From Hemiscyllium ocellatum (taxonomy: Eukaryota), in NCBI RefSeq assembly GCF_020745735.1, contig NC_083434.1, forward strand, positions 24,053,966 to 24,117,965: a stretch of DNA of 64,000 nt, given 5' to 3'. The position numbers were made by a program, and so were the translations under genes. The notes beneath the pieces are model-generated. The model did not search any database. It was given only the letters and a program-made list of their open reading frames with translations, and was not told the origin of the DNA. Every line of letters starts with the position of its first letter. Within the stretch, counting starts at the first letter, position 1. Below, in pieces: positions 24,652 to 36,989 of the stretch.

Positions 24652-24884
24652 GTATACCAATGAAAGATCTGTGTAAATGGGCACATGAAACTTTTAAGAG
24701 CAGGAAAAGCCACTTGATGAATCAAATCCCAACAACTTCTTACTACCTGGTGTTTATTTTAAGTCCTCCTCCTTGTCCAAAACTATATATTGCTCTGCAA
24801 TTTATCTGTGTGCCTTGCCTAATTATTTGTTTGTCCTCCTGCAGTTGTTTACTGTATTTTCATAGTTAACAATAGTGATATTGT

Positions 24885-25045
24885 TTCAGCGCTAGTCATC
24901 CAGAGACCCAGCTAATGGTCTGGGGACCTGGATTTGAATCCCAGATGGTGGAATTTGAAAACCGTACAAAACCTGGAATTAAAAGTCTAATGATGACCAT
25001 TTTTCAATTGTCACTTACAAAAGAAAAAGACCCATCTGGTTTAAA
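24885..25045 (+). mobile_element. Second tRNA-like SINE family, 5' fragment
   Basis: Box-B-like ggatttgaatccc; related to the minus-strand copy at ~54935-55260. Confidence 0.5.
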
Positions 25046-25364
25046 ATGTGCGTCATTCTGAGAGGCCTTAACAGGTTATGTCCTCTTTTTTTTCTACTGA
25101 GTAAACCTTGCAGGTGATTGTGTGGCTGTGGCAACTGGAATTAAAAGTCAGTGTGCTGGCATGCTTACTGTGTAAACAGAAACTTACACAGCTTAGAGGG
25201 ATAGTGTGGAAGAATAGATATTGCAAAGATATTTCTTGTAGTGGGGGAGTATTGAACTGCATAAGGTGATAAAATTGCTTCTCCAGAAGATTTTGGAATT
25301 CGAGAGTTATGGAGGTTAAATCACTGAAAGTATTTAAAGAGAAGATAGTTAGATTTTTGAAATA

Positions 25365-25786
25365 CAGAGGAACCTCGATTATCCGAACAAGATGGGCGGA
25401 CACTATTTCGTTTGGATAATTGATTATTCAGTTAATTGATTCAATGCCTCTACTCTGGGGTTCGGATTTTTCTGAAGTTTCCTTTTTCCTCACTCTGCCT
25501 GCCTTGCTCCCTCTCTCTGTCTCAGGGTTTGTTTCTGAGCAGACACACACTTGTGTGTAAGGGACCTGCAGCATAGCTGAAGTCTCCTTCTGCGCCCCCC
25601 ACAAAGAGTTAAATGGGATTAACACAGTAAGCACTTGCTAAGTCTGCATCCCATTCAGGAGACTAGGCAGCAGTGTAGCGCATGCGAGCCCCCGCGAAGC
25701 CAACCCCCCCCAACTCTGCGCCCCCCCAGGGCAGCTAGATGGATGCCAACAGTAAGTCTGCTGCTGCCGCCTTTGGATGGGGGTGA

Positions 25787-25838
<52 letters not shown>

Positions 25839-26169
25839 CTTTTTGACAAATTCCATCTTTGCCCTGTACAGGACAATGTCGGAGAGATTATTTGGGGAAG
25901 GGGGGGTTCAGGGTACACCCCTGTGTAGAACTCCAGAGAAGGTGTCGGTGCACAGAGAAAGGGCAGTCATTTGGAGACGGTGCCTGGGCTCCCATCGATG
26001 TTCTGTGCACCATTTCAGTAAGTCAGGTTCGTTTTTAATCATTGTAAACAAAAGACACAATCAGTGTTGAAACACCTCTTTGATGTAATGTTTCTATGGG
26101 GACCTTGAGATCTTCTTCGGATAATCTGAAATTCGGATAATTGATATTCAGATAATCCAAGTTCCTCTG
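25365..26169. mobile_element. Non-autonomous Tc1/mariner-pogo (Tigger-like) DNA transposon / MITE
   Basis: TIRs CAGAGGAACCTCGATTATCCGAA / CAGAGGAACTTGGATTATCTGAA (20/23). TA duplication at 25363-25364 and 26170-26171. No transposase ORF. Splits a CR1 3' remnant (~25270-26310). Confidence 0.85.
25790..25838. repeat. (TA)n(CA)n compound microsatellite
   Basis: Directly visible. Confidence 0.95.
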
Positions 26170-27705
26170 TACTGGGGAGTGGAGGACTATAATGAGCTGG
26201 CGCAAAAGAGGAATTGAGGCTTTGGACAGATCAGCCATGATCTTATTGAATGGTGGAGCAGGCTTGAAGGGCCAAATGGCCTGTTCTAATTTTGATGTAC
26301 TTACATTCTTATTTCTGGGCATTCTGTAAATTTTGACAGAAACCATAGCTTAAGCCATTGATAGGTAAATATTGGAAAAAAAATGACCATCTTGGATTGG
26401 TGGCATGTCATAACTGTACTGAAGAAATTTCAGATGGCATTAGATAAGGTATTATGTAAGTGACTTGTTTCAAAATTGCTATCAAAGGTGTTGTAGCAGC
26501 ATTGACAGAAAATTGATTGACTAAGAATAAACAGAAAGTGAGGGTTAGTAGAAATGCATTTGATACCAGAAGCATTGAAAATAATGTGTCTCATAGGTCA
26601 AAACAAATAAAGAGTTTGGTGGGAAGATAGTTGTAAAAGACTGAAAGAGCTCTTGCATGGGTTGTTAGGCTGGCATTTGGCTGACACAAGCTATAGCAGA
26701 GAAATGTGTTCATAAAAACATATCTTGCAACATCTTTCAATAGTTTCTTTGAAGTACAAATACAAGAAAATGGTGGTTGAAAAGACTAGTAATACTTTGA
26801 GTTTAATGAATTGGGGCATGACAAATAGTTACAGCACACTGGTTAAGCTACAGTTGGACACTGTACATTTTTAATCCTTAATATATAAAGACATTCTTGC
26901 CAAAGAGGTAAACTGCATAGATCTACCAGGATGAAACCAAGAACGAGAAGTTAAAATAATGGGGAAATACTTGGACAGCTTCTACTAGAACAGTGATAAA
27001 GAAAAATAGTTTTTAGTAGGTTTCTTGCATTATGAAGAATTTTGGCTATTTCCTCTAATTGAAGACTCATTGATGTAAAATTATCACTGAATGAAGTGAG
27101 AATTCTGAGAGCTTGCCTTGTGTTCCTATAGAAAGTAGCTGAGGCAGAGACTATTCTTTCTTTTGAGATATAGCAGTAGCCATTTAAAGCTGAGGGAGAT
27201 ACTTGGCTCTTCAAAGGGAGAATTGGCCAGATGGTGATTTCTGTATCGCCCATTGAAAGGATCAAGTACAGGCATGAGAAGCTTCATTCTGATTTGTAAA
27301 CTTTGACTCGACCACCACCTAACAGGAAAATACCATTTCTCTAGATGAGAAAGCAAATATTAGCCAACTTCTTTTAACTTTTTTCACTGTTCTTCATACT
27401 GTACATTTGTGTAGTATAACATTGTGGCTAATCTGCATCTCTTTTTACCAAACTTGCTTCAACATCACTTAATATTTTTAATAAATAAAAGCCTTACAAT
27501 AAAAGAAGTGTTTTACATTTTTTGAATGACCTCAATAGACTTTTTTTATTGGGAGGAATTGTTCCATATTTCTACTACCTTTTTATATCAACGTGATATT
27601 ATCTTGTATGCAGTGCAATGTAACCTTTTTAAGTTCAATGATATACTCATGGGATATTGAATTTGACATTTGACCATTCTTGTGCAATGAAACTTTTTTT
27701 ACTTG

Positions 27706-28672
27706 GAAAAAGTGAGGACTGCAGATGCTGGAGATCAGAGCTGAAAAATGTGTTGCTGGAAAAACACAGCAGGTCAGGCAGCATCCAAGGAGCAAGAGAA
27801 TTGATGTTTCGGGAATAAGCCCTTCTTCAGGAATGAGGAAGATGTGCCAAGCAGACTAAGATATGACGGATATGGAAGGACCCCACCACCAAGGATATAT
27901 TTCCCTCCCCTCCCCTCCCCTATCAGCGTTCCGGAAAAACCACTCCCACTGCGACTCCCTCGTCAGGTCCACACCCCTCAACCTTCAGTCCCGGCACCTT
28001 CCCCTGCAACCGCAAGAAATGCAAAACCTGCGCCCACACTTCCCTCCAAGGCCCCAAGGGATCCTTCCATATCTGTCACAAATTCACCTGCACCTCCACA
28101 CACATCATTTACACCATCCGCTGCACACGATGTGGCCTCCTCTACATTGGGGAGACAGGCCGCCTGCTTGCAGAATGTTTCAGAGAACAGCTCCGGGACA
28201 CCCGCACCAACCAACCCAACCGCCCCGTGGCTGAACACTTTAACTCCCCCTCCCACTCCACCAAGGACATGCAGGTCCTTGGCCTCCTCCATTGCCAGAC
28301 CGTGGCAACATGACGCCTGGAGAAAGAGCTCCTCATCTTCCGCCAAGGAACCCTCCAACCACAAGGAATGAATGCAGATTTCTCCAGCTTCCTCATTTCC
28401 CCTCCCCCCACCTTACCTCAGTCCCAACCCTTGGACTCAGTACTACCTTCTTGACCTGCAATCTTCTTCCTGACCTCTCCGCCCCACCCCCTCTCCGGCC
28501 TATCACCCTCACCTTAACCTCCTTCCACCTATCGTTTTCCCAACGCCCCTCCCCCAAGTTCCCCCCTCCCTACCTTTTATCTTAGTCTGCTTGGCACACC
28601 TTCCTCATTCCTGATTCTCCTGCTCCTTGGATGCTGCCTGACCTGCTGCGCACTTCCAGCAACACATTTTTC
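27706..28672 (+). mobile_element. 5'-truncated Penelope-like element (GIY-YIG region) with inverted terminal repeat
   Basis: TSD AACTTTTTTTACTTG at 27691-27705 and 28673-28687; C-x2-C then FTCTSTHIIYTIRCTRCGLLYIGETGRLL, the PLE GIY-YIG signature. Confidence 0.88.
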
Positions 28673-29268
28673 AACTTTTTTTACTTGTACTATTTCTCTT
28701 AATTTGCACATCATTGTGCTTCCACTATTTTGCTTTATGTCATCTACAAAAATGTAGTTCAGTTCATCTGTAGATCTGCACATGTTTTTGTGGTAATAGA
28801 AATATTGAATCTCTTTATTTGCAAAGAGAAGGTCAAGAAAATGTGTGTATGTTTGAATCTCATTTATTTTCACAAATGTAATTCACTTTTTTCCCTCTCA
28901 CTGATAGCTCTACCACAGAGCATTTTTTTTCTTCTTGAAAATGTAGGTCTCATTCTATTTACTCTGGTGACCTGAAGTATATGATGATCATAAGGTTACT
29001 GTTCATAGATTTTAGCAGTATAGTGTTATGTGGTGTGAGGCATTGAAAGGGAAAACAGACAGATTTTCCAAAGAACTTGGTCATTACTACATTCGACATT
29101 GTTGCCTTTATGTTCTTTTACTGGATTCCATCATTTTCATTGAGGAAAAATGTTTGCAGAAATAAGTCACAAATGTTTAAAAAAAAGGATAAGCTACATT
29201 TCTTCAAAGAAAGCTAGTGAATTTAAAGCTTATATTTTATGTTAATAGCTTTCTCCCCATCCTTCCAG

Positions 29269-29553
29269 AATTGAGAGCAGAAGTTGATATTATTGAACAG
29301 ATGAGCAGCAGCAGTAGTTCTTCGGATTCAGGAAGTTCCTCTGGCAGTGACGACAGTTCCAGCAGTGATGTGGAAAATGAAGCTCACCCCTCCTCTACAC
29401 CACCACAGATGCAACCCCAACAGCAACCTCCCTCCCAATCCCAAACCCAGCCCCAGCAGCCACCACCACAGCCATACCAGCAGTACAGTAACAGAAATGC
29501 TGCTACAAATGGCACCAGCAGACCAGGAAGCAATCAACTTATGAGCACACTTA
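29269..29553 (+). CDS. EAF1: EAF1 coding exon 5 (acidic Ser-rich region plus Q/P tract)
   Basis: ccttccag| ELRAEVDIIEQMSSSSSSSDSGSSSGSDD...NGTSRPGSNQLMSTL |gtaagt; 285 nt. Confidence 0.95.
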
Positions 29554-30549
29554 GTAAGTATGCAATGCTTAACTGCATTCTTAATTTCTTGCTGTTGAAC
29601 AAGATATAAGTTTGTTTCTTCTCTGCGATAGATGTTTGTAATTAGTTGCATTTCACCGAATAACTCAATATTAAGCTAAAGAAAAGCAGCTGCTGATAAT
29701 ATGAGCATATTTTTTTTTCTGGCAAGGATGCCTAAACCTGCTGGTTTTTGCAGAGTATTACACTATGTCTGCTGTGATTACATAGTTTCAAGAATATCCC
29801 AAAAGGCTGTAGGTATCTCCACTTCAAATCGAAAAGCAAAAATGTATTTTCTGTTTGTGAATATTTGAGAATGAAAACAAACTTGTATCAAATCTCATGT
29901 CTTACATCAGGTGTTCTCATTAATTCCCCACCTAGGTTGTAAAAATTAGACTCCCATTAACACCCATGAATTCTGGTACACTGGCTGGAAAATAGATGAT
30001 ATTGCATGTTGTGAAGATATCCAGAATAATCATAAAATACCCAAATGTTTTGAAACCTATGCAGAACTTGCCATAACTACTTAAAAATGTCAAGCTTATG
30101 TGAAAGAGTTTTATTAGTTCTCGTAGACATTTTGCAACCAATAATCCAAGATGTTGGAAGATGCACAGATATAGTATAAGATGCCAACCAGCTTAGTCCC
30201 AGGCACGTTCTACTGCAGTTGCTTAAAGTTATTTTGATTTTCAGTAGCAGTTACAATAAAATCCAGTTTTAATAATAGCAGTGAAAACATCATCATGCAT
30301 GGATTTCAGTTTTAAGGTCACTCTTCTACTGATCTATTTGTCTAACCTATGGGTTGAATTTCTACTCATTGGTGTGGCAATGATGAGAAAAATGAGAAAA
30401 TATGGCGAATGGGGAAAAAAAGCAATCTTGACATCAAAAAAACGATTTACAATATTCTCTTAAGCCTTAAATACTGACTTCAGAATCTAGCCATTGAATG
30501 GCAACTACCTTATTTCCACGGATTTGCATTCTATTAAACTTCACTTTTA

Positions 30550-30870
30550 GGAAGGCACAGTGGCTAAGTGGTTAGCACAGCTACCACATAGCACCAGGGA
30601 CCTCGGTTCAGTTCCAACCTTGGGTGACTGTGTGTCATTTGCACGTTCTCCCCATGTCTGCTTGGATTTCCTGCCACAATCCAAAGATGTGCAGTTTAGG
30701 TGAATTGCTCTTGCTAAATTGCCCATAGTGTTCAGGGATGTGTAGGCTAGGTGTATTAGTCAGAGATAAATATAGGGTACGGGAAGGGGTGCGGATGGGT
30801 TACTGTTCAGAGGGTCAGTGTGGACTAGTTGGGCTGAAAGGCCTGTTTCCACATTGTAAGGATTCTAATT
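30550..30870 (+). mobile_element. tRNA-derived SINE (HE1-like), older copy
   Basis: Same head/core/tail as 4406-4720 with CpG decay and a small deletion. Confidence 0.8.
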
Positions 30871-31847
30871 CTTCTCAGTGTTCCGTTTTTATATGCTACA
30901 AGTTCTCGAATGGCTTTTGAGCATTTGTATCTTACCTGCAGTCAATATCTAGTTTGGTTTAGCATTTTATTCAATATTGCTGTATTGTCATATTTGATGT
31001 AGAGGATTCTACCACCTCTTCATCCATCTCCATAAGGGTGAGAGAGGCAGGAATGCTGTTGCTAGTCTGTGGTCATAAGGGCAACCTAGTCTCGGTCTGT
31101 GTGAAAGTGCATATGAGCTCTCTTGGAACAGCTTATGATGCTCATGATAGGCTCTGGACTCCTCATTCTTATTGGTAATGCTGAATTGTTTTCCCACTGT
31201 TTCATCCTTTATCACTAAAAATAGTTTGCAAAGGATATTGCTCCATGTCAGCAATAAGCTGGGGTGGACAAGAGGGCATTATGTACTAGAATTTTATTTT
31301 TGATCAACCTCCTGAAACTTGTAGATTAAAAAGCAGTTGTATGCAACTTATTGAGAGGCCTTTCTTATAACATTCAAAAGAACACTTGCAGCATGGATTG
31401 GTTCATAAATTTCCTTAATTCTTGGATAGTGTTGTCCATAAAATGTAAAGGATAAGGATTATTCTATGGTTTAAGTTCTTTATTCTAATTATGGAATCGT
31501 TTATAATTTGAATACTCTGGTGAACTCCACATGGAAGACTTGAGCTTCTACTGCTACAGGCTCCACTTCTCTTTGCAAAATCTTTCCAGGTGCCTTTTCC
31601 AGCAACTTGACAGCGGATCTTTGGCCTTCAGGTCTTTGGAGGACCAAATCTTTCTATTCAGTTGGGCAGATTCCTAATGAAGCCTGGTTATAAAAGTTGA
31701 TTCAGTTTCTGACTGCACCTCTCGGACAGGTGGCCCCAGCCATCTTATAATATTTCTTTATAGAAGAGGATTGGCTGTAGACTAAAAATAATGTGAATGG
31801 CTAAGTAAATGTTGCTTACTGCATGTAACATGGACTTTTATTTTTAG

Positions 31848-31894
31848 GAAATGACTTGCAATTGAGTGAATCTGGAAGTGACAGTGATGATTGA
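31848..31894 (+). CDS. EAF1: EAF1 last coding exon with stop
   Basis: tttttag| (R)NDLQLSESGSDSDD TGA; 47 nt. The six exons sum to 834 nt = 277 aa + stop. Confidence 0.95.
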
Positions 31895-33140
31895 AGTTCT
31901 AAGAAAATGGACCACTACCTCCACGATGATCTACCATGGAGATGACATTGCTGTAGAAATTTGCTCAACCATTAGCTAGATTAGTTATTTTCTGTAAAAA
32001 CATGTGCTCTTTCTGCAGTTTTAATATCAGATGTGAGTATTGGGTAATTAATGGAGTGCTTTTAACTTTAAATATATGTTTAGCTGTTTTTTTAAGTTAA
32101 ACTAGGATATTTCAGTTTATTTATATATTTTGTCAGGTATTCCAATTTTTTTCTGAAAACTTATTGATCAAAAATATTTTAAATGGAATGTATGTCAAGC
32201 TTACGTATTCAGAATTGAACAGACAGCTGAGTATAAACATTTTGATTATGTTAAAGGCATTGTTTACCTTGCATATTGCTATGAATCATAAAAGTTTATG
32301 TATGTATCACAACACATATCACACATTGCAGAAACTGAACAATTCTGTGGGAGAGTCCTGCAAATACCAAGGTGTTTGTGAAGTGACTGATATTTAGCTG
32401 GTAGTTTATATTGGTTATTGATATGAATCTTTAATGGATACTACTTTAATACTGAAGTCTTTAGTAAGGACTATCATTTCAAAAAAGATGTTCTTAATTA
32501 GTAGCAGAATTGCTCATTTTTAAAAATACAATTGTGTAAAAGGTGCTGGACTGGGTTTTAATTTCCAAAAAAGCCTTTTAGGCACGGTGATCTAAGCATA
32601 AAACAACAATGTGAATGAAATCCATCTGGAACAGCATTAATGTCTTATCATTTAATGGAAAATGAACAGCTATTTTAATTGTGGCTATCTTGCAATGTTT
32701 GTGTTTCCATATAAAATGGATATTTCTTATTGTTTAAGCAGTTCAATGAAAAATTCTGTAATCTACATCCATAATATTTTGTTTTTGAATTTCACTCACT
32801 TGAATATTTTTAATTTTGTTTGCCTAAAATAGAGAACATTACTGTTTGCGTCTGATTTTGTCTTCTCGCTATTCACAATCACAGTCAATTATTCCTAATC
32901 CTAATGAATGGTTGAGTGATCTGCTCCTGGATCTCCACAAGTAACACTGAGTAACCAGTCATTGGATGCTATGGGGTGGGGGCAATTTTGCTTTCGGTGA
33001 CTTATCTTACTGTTTTTGCACCACTTCCTCCTAGCAATGCATCTAAGATAAGACCATCATTTGCAGAATATATGACTTGTCCATGAATATCACTCTAGAT
33101 TTTCAGTTGGGACAAATAAAGTGTCCATGCATTGTTATAA
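31895..33140 (+). other. EAF1: Probable EAF1 3'UTR with candidate polyA signal AATAAA at 33115-33120 (may extend to ATTAAA near 33894)
   Basis: AT-rich stretch with no recognisable transposon, downstream of the stop codon. Confidence 0.5.
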
Positions 33141-34259
33141 AATGGTAATTGTTTTCCAAACTTGAGTGATTGTCCTTTCAATGTGGAAGTAGTGAAAGCA
33201 TAAGTAATATTTATTTAAAAAATTCATAGTTAATGTTTTTATCATGATTGTGTTAGACTGTAAGTCAGATACTGAAAGCTTAAGTGTGCCAAATCAAAAA
33301 GCCGTGAATGGAATAGCTTAACTGTTGGTATGAAATGTTGCAAGGTGCATTATGCTTTACTAAATACTAAATTTCAAAATGAAATAACTAATTGGAGGGA
33401 ACACCCTTATTTCCTCATACCATTGAAAGGTTGGATCAGGCTTCTTCTGTTGTTCTCCATTCACCTTTGTCTTTCCCTATTTTTCACATGGTCTTTTTTT
33501 CTCTCTCTTTCCACATCAGATTGTGTCTTGAACCCATTTTTTGGTGACTGTTTCCAAGCCATTTTTCTTTGAACTTATTCTACATTTGTATTGCCCTTCA
33601 AGGGTAGAATTTAGTCACACTTGCACTGTGTCTTCTGGACTCTGCAGACTTCCTTTTTCTAGAGAAATTAAACCTATTCACTTTTATCAGTAAGATTTTG
33701 ATAACAAGTGTTTCTCTATCTTCCTTAATGTCATAATATTGTTCCAGTGATCACAGAAACTGTACCATGGATAACTTTATTGAAGAGACTGGCAAATCTA
33801 AAGTTATTGATCAATGTAATCTTATGTCATTTTTGCAATAGCCATAAATGGATTCACAAATTTATCTTTATTCAGCCATGATGTCTTTTGTTTATTAAAA
33901 TTTAAATGTCTAACCAGTGCCAGTGACAAATGCATGTTAATTTCACCACTTAGGCAGGATTAGTATTTAAATTATTATCTCAGGATGAGACCAAGTAGGC
34001 TAATAAGCATTGCTTATCCATATTTATTGTGTTTATTTCTTAGTTTTACCCAACACAATGAGGGTTACACTAAAATGGAGTAAGTATCTGTGTTGGTTTG
34101 AAAACTAAAGATTGAATAGGTTAACTGTTTTAATTATGTGTCCTGACTGTTAAGTCCTGATTGGGCTGTAGGTAAGCATAAGCTGTCCTTACAAAATATT
34201 TAAAACATTTAGAGTAATTTTTATACTTTGCAGATTTAAAAAATGTTAATCTTTTACTA

Positions 34260-34710
34260 GAATCATGCAGTATGAAAACAGACCCTTTGGTCCAATTAGT
34301 CCATGCCAACAATGTTCCCAAAATAAACTAATCCAACTTGCTTGCATTTGACCAATATTCTCTCAAACCTTTCCTATTCATGTACTTATCCAAAAGTCTT
34401 TTCAATGTTGTAACTGTACCTACATCCACTATTTTCTCTGGCAGTTCATTCCACACACAAACCATTCTGTGAAAAATGTTGCTCCTCATGTGCTTTTATA
34501 AATCTTTTTTCCTTGCACCTTAAAAATATGCCCCTTAGTTTTGAACTCACCCGCATAGGGAAAACACTCTTATTACTCAGCTTATCTATGCCCCTCATGA
34601 TTTTATGAACCTTTCTAAAGCCACCTGTCAATCTCCTATGCTTCAGTGGAAAAAGTCTCAGCTATCCAGCCTACTCAAACCCTGCACTCCTATCAACATT
34701 CTGGTGAATC
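34260..34710 (-). mobile_element. CR1 LINE 3' fragment
   Basis: Same tail and RT end as 13205-13780. Confidence 0.75.
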
Positions 34711-34719
34711 CACACCAAA

Positions 34720-34892
34720 AGAGCTGTGGGTGCTGAACATTGCTGGAAAAACTCAGCAGGCATGGCTGCATCTGAGAGAGAAATCAGAGTTAACATTTTG
34801 GGTCCAGTGACCCCCAGAAGGGTCACTGGACCCAAACATTAACTCTGATTCCTCTTCACAGATGTTGTCACACTTGCTGAGCTTTTCTGGTA
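34720..34892. repeat. Fold-back Penelope-terminus-like element (family 4)
   Basis: Long imperfect palindrome centred at ~34815 (aatcagagttaacattttgggtccagtgaccc / gggtcactggacccaaacattaactctgatt); single arms also at ~7700-7790 and ~12610-12695. Confidence 0.65.
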
Positions 34893-35707
34893 AAATTGCA
34901 CAAATTTAAACCGGATATTTGAATAATTTGATTCACTTCACTAAATAAATTTGTGTTGTTTCCAGAGTATAAGCAAGTTGATAATGATGGTTGTGACTTG
35001 TGATCTTTGTTTATCCATTTTAAATATGCAGCTGGTTTTTAAAAAGACAAATTATGCACTTACCCTATTAAACAGTTGATTTAGCAGCTCACATTGTACA
35101 TTCTTAGAATATATTGAGCATTGCTAACAAAAAACATTTTGTCAAACCTTTTGATCTTGCACTCATCAGGACAGTTTACAAGAATTAGTAATTTGAGGGA
35201 ATGTGACATTTCTACTGTATGTAATAGATTGGTTTGCAAGTGAACTCTGATTAGCAGAGGTGTTGCTACGGATAATGCAACAGTTGCTGATTGACAGTTA
35301 ACTGCCAGTGTTTGAAATTTAAATCCAAGCAAGGTGACTTATTAATCAAGGCATTGCCTTGAGAAATGAACCAAAGAAAAATGATTTTGGATAGCTATGC
35401 AAAGTTGACTGTGGTTTGCATGGTACTAGGATCCACATATTAATCAGATTGGCTAAGGATTTGGATACAGCTTTGTGATTAGAAATTTTTATATTTTTAA
35501 AAGAGATATAAAAGAGATTTTTTATATTTTTAAACTGTTCAAATTCTCCAGCTATAAGGGTAGCAATTAAAATGCCTATGAATTGTTAGTTTAATAACCA
35601 CATTTAAGTTACAGCAGGAATGCAGCTCAAAGACATACAAGGTAATTGGTTATAAAACTAACGTCTTGTGGTCCTGAAATATGTTATATAAGTTCAAATA
35701 TGTAGAC

Positions 35708-36095
35708 TCCTGGAGATAGACAGCACGGAAAGACCATTTGGTCTAACTCATCCATGCCAACCAGATATGGAGTCAAAGATGTACAGCATGGAAACAGACC
35801 CTTTTGTCCAACCTATCCATCCTAACTTAACCTATTCCCATTTGCCAGTACTTGGCTCATTGCCCTCTAAACCCCTTTCTATTCATATACTCATCCAGAT
35901 GTCTATTAAATGTTGTAATTGTACCAGCCAACACCACTTCCTCTGACTGCTCATTCTAAAAAAAAGCACCACCCTTTGCGTGGAAAAAGTTACCAGTTAG
36001 GTCCGTTCTAAATCTTCCCCCTCTCGTCTTAAATCTATACCCTCTAGTTCTGGACGACTCCTGTCCCGGGAAAAGACCATGTCCATTTACCCATC
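35708..36095 (-). mobile_element. CR1 LINE 3' fragment with tandemly repeated tail
   Basis: Two successive tail copies (35708-35768 and 35769 onward). Confidence 0.75.
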
Positions 36096-36109
36096 TTACA
36101 TTTAAACTT

Positions 36110-36960
36110 GCAGTTTACTTGCGTCTTCAGACAAAATAGGCAGCCCCTTTGGAAACCCAAAGGACAACTGACTCCAAAATGAACGTGCAACGGCGTTGCT
36201 GTATCTTAATTCCGAGAATACTGAGCACACGTGTGGGAGTTCGGCTCCCCGCCTCTCTGCCATTCGGATTGGCTGGCGGCGTGGAGGAGCGCGAGGCACG
36301 CAGTGCGGCGGCAGCTCACACTGACGGAGCTGCACATCGTCCGTACCTCAAGCGGCCACTCCCCTCCCCCACCCCCACTCCCACCCCACAGGCCGCAGAG
36401 CGAAAACAAAGAGCGGGGCGCTGGCGCGCGCCATGGGCCGCGCTCTCCTCTGAGGCCGATGCAGCGGCAGAGATCGCGCCTGAGGCTAACGGACCGGACT
36501 GACTCGTAAACACTCACCACCGCATCCATCACCCCCCGCCCCCCACACCGGAGGAGGAGGCGGCGGCGGGCGGCCATGGAATTCCAGCAGTTCGTCGACA
36601 TCGCGGACAAGTGGTGCTACAACACCCCGTTCGAGCTGATCGCCACCGAGGAGGCCGAGAGCCGGCTGGATTTCTACGCGGATCCCGGTGTTTCCTTCTA
36701 TGTGCTGTGCCCGGACAGCGATTTCAGGGATAATTTCGTGAGTGAGCGAGAGCCCCTGCGTTCCCCCCGGGAGCTGTATCTTCCCTCTATCCCTCCCCGC
36801 TGCTCCCGGTAGGAATTCAGGCTTGTCCTTGCTGCGACACCTGGCGAGTCCACGGGCCCCTCCGTCCGAAGCCCCTCATCCTCATACTCTTTTACCCTCG
36901 TTTTCCCCCCACCCCATCAGAAATCCACCCGAGGGACGCCGCCGCTGACCCATTGACTCT
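36110..36960 (+). promoter_or_regulatory. CpG island / promoter of MTURN
   Basis: CpG-rich island spanning exon 1; palindromic E-box CACACGTGTG at 36226-36235; reverse CCAAT (GATTGG) at ~36267. Confidence 0.75.
36576..36737 (+). CDS. MTURN: MTURN (maturin, C7orf41 homolog) coding exon 1
   Basis: GCCATGG Kozak; MEFQQFVDIADKWCYNTPFELIATEEAESRLDFYADPGVSFYVLCPDSDFRDNF |gtgagt; 162 nt. Confidence 0.94.
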
Positions 36961-36989
36961 AATTTCCATTCCACCCTTCATCGTTGACA

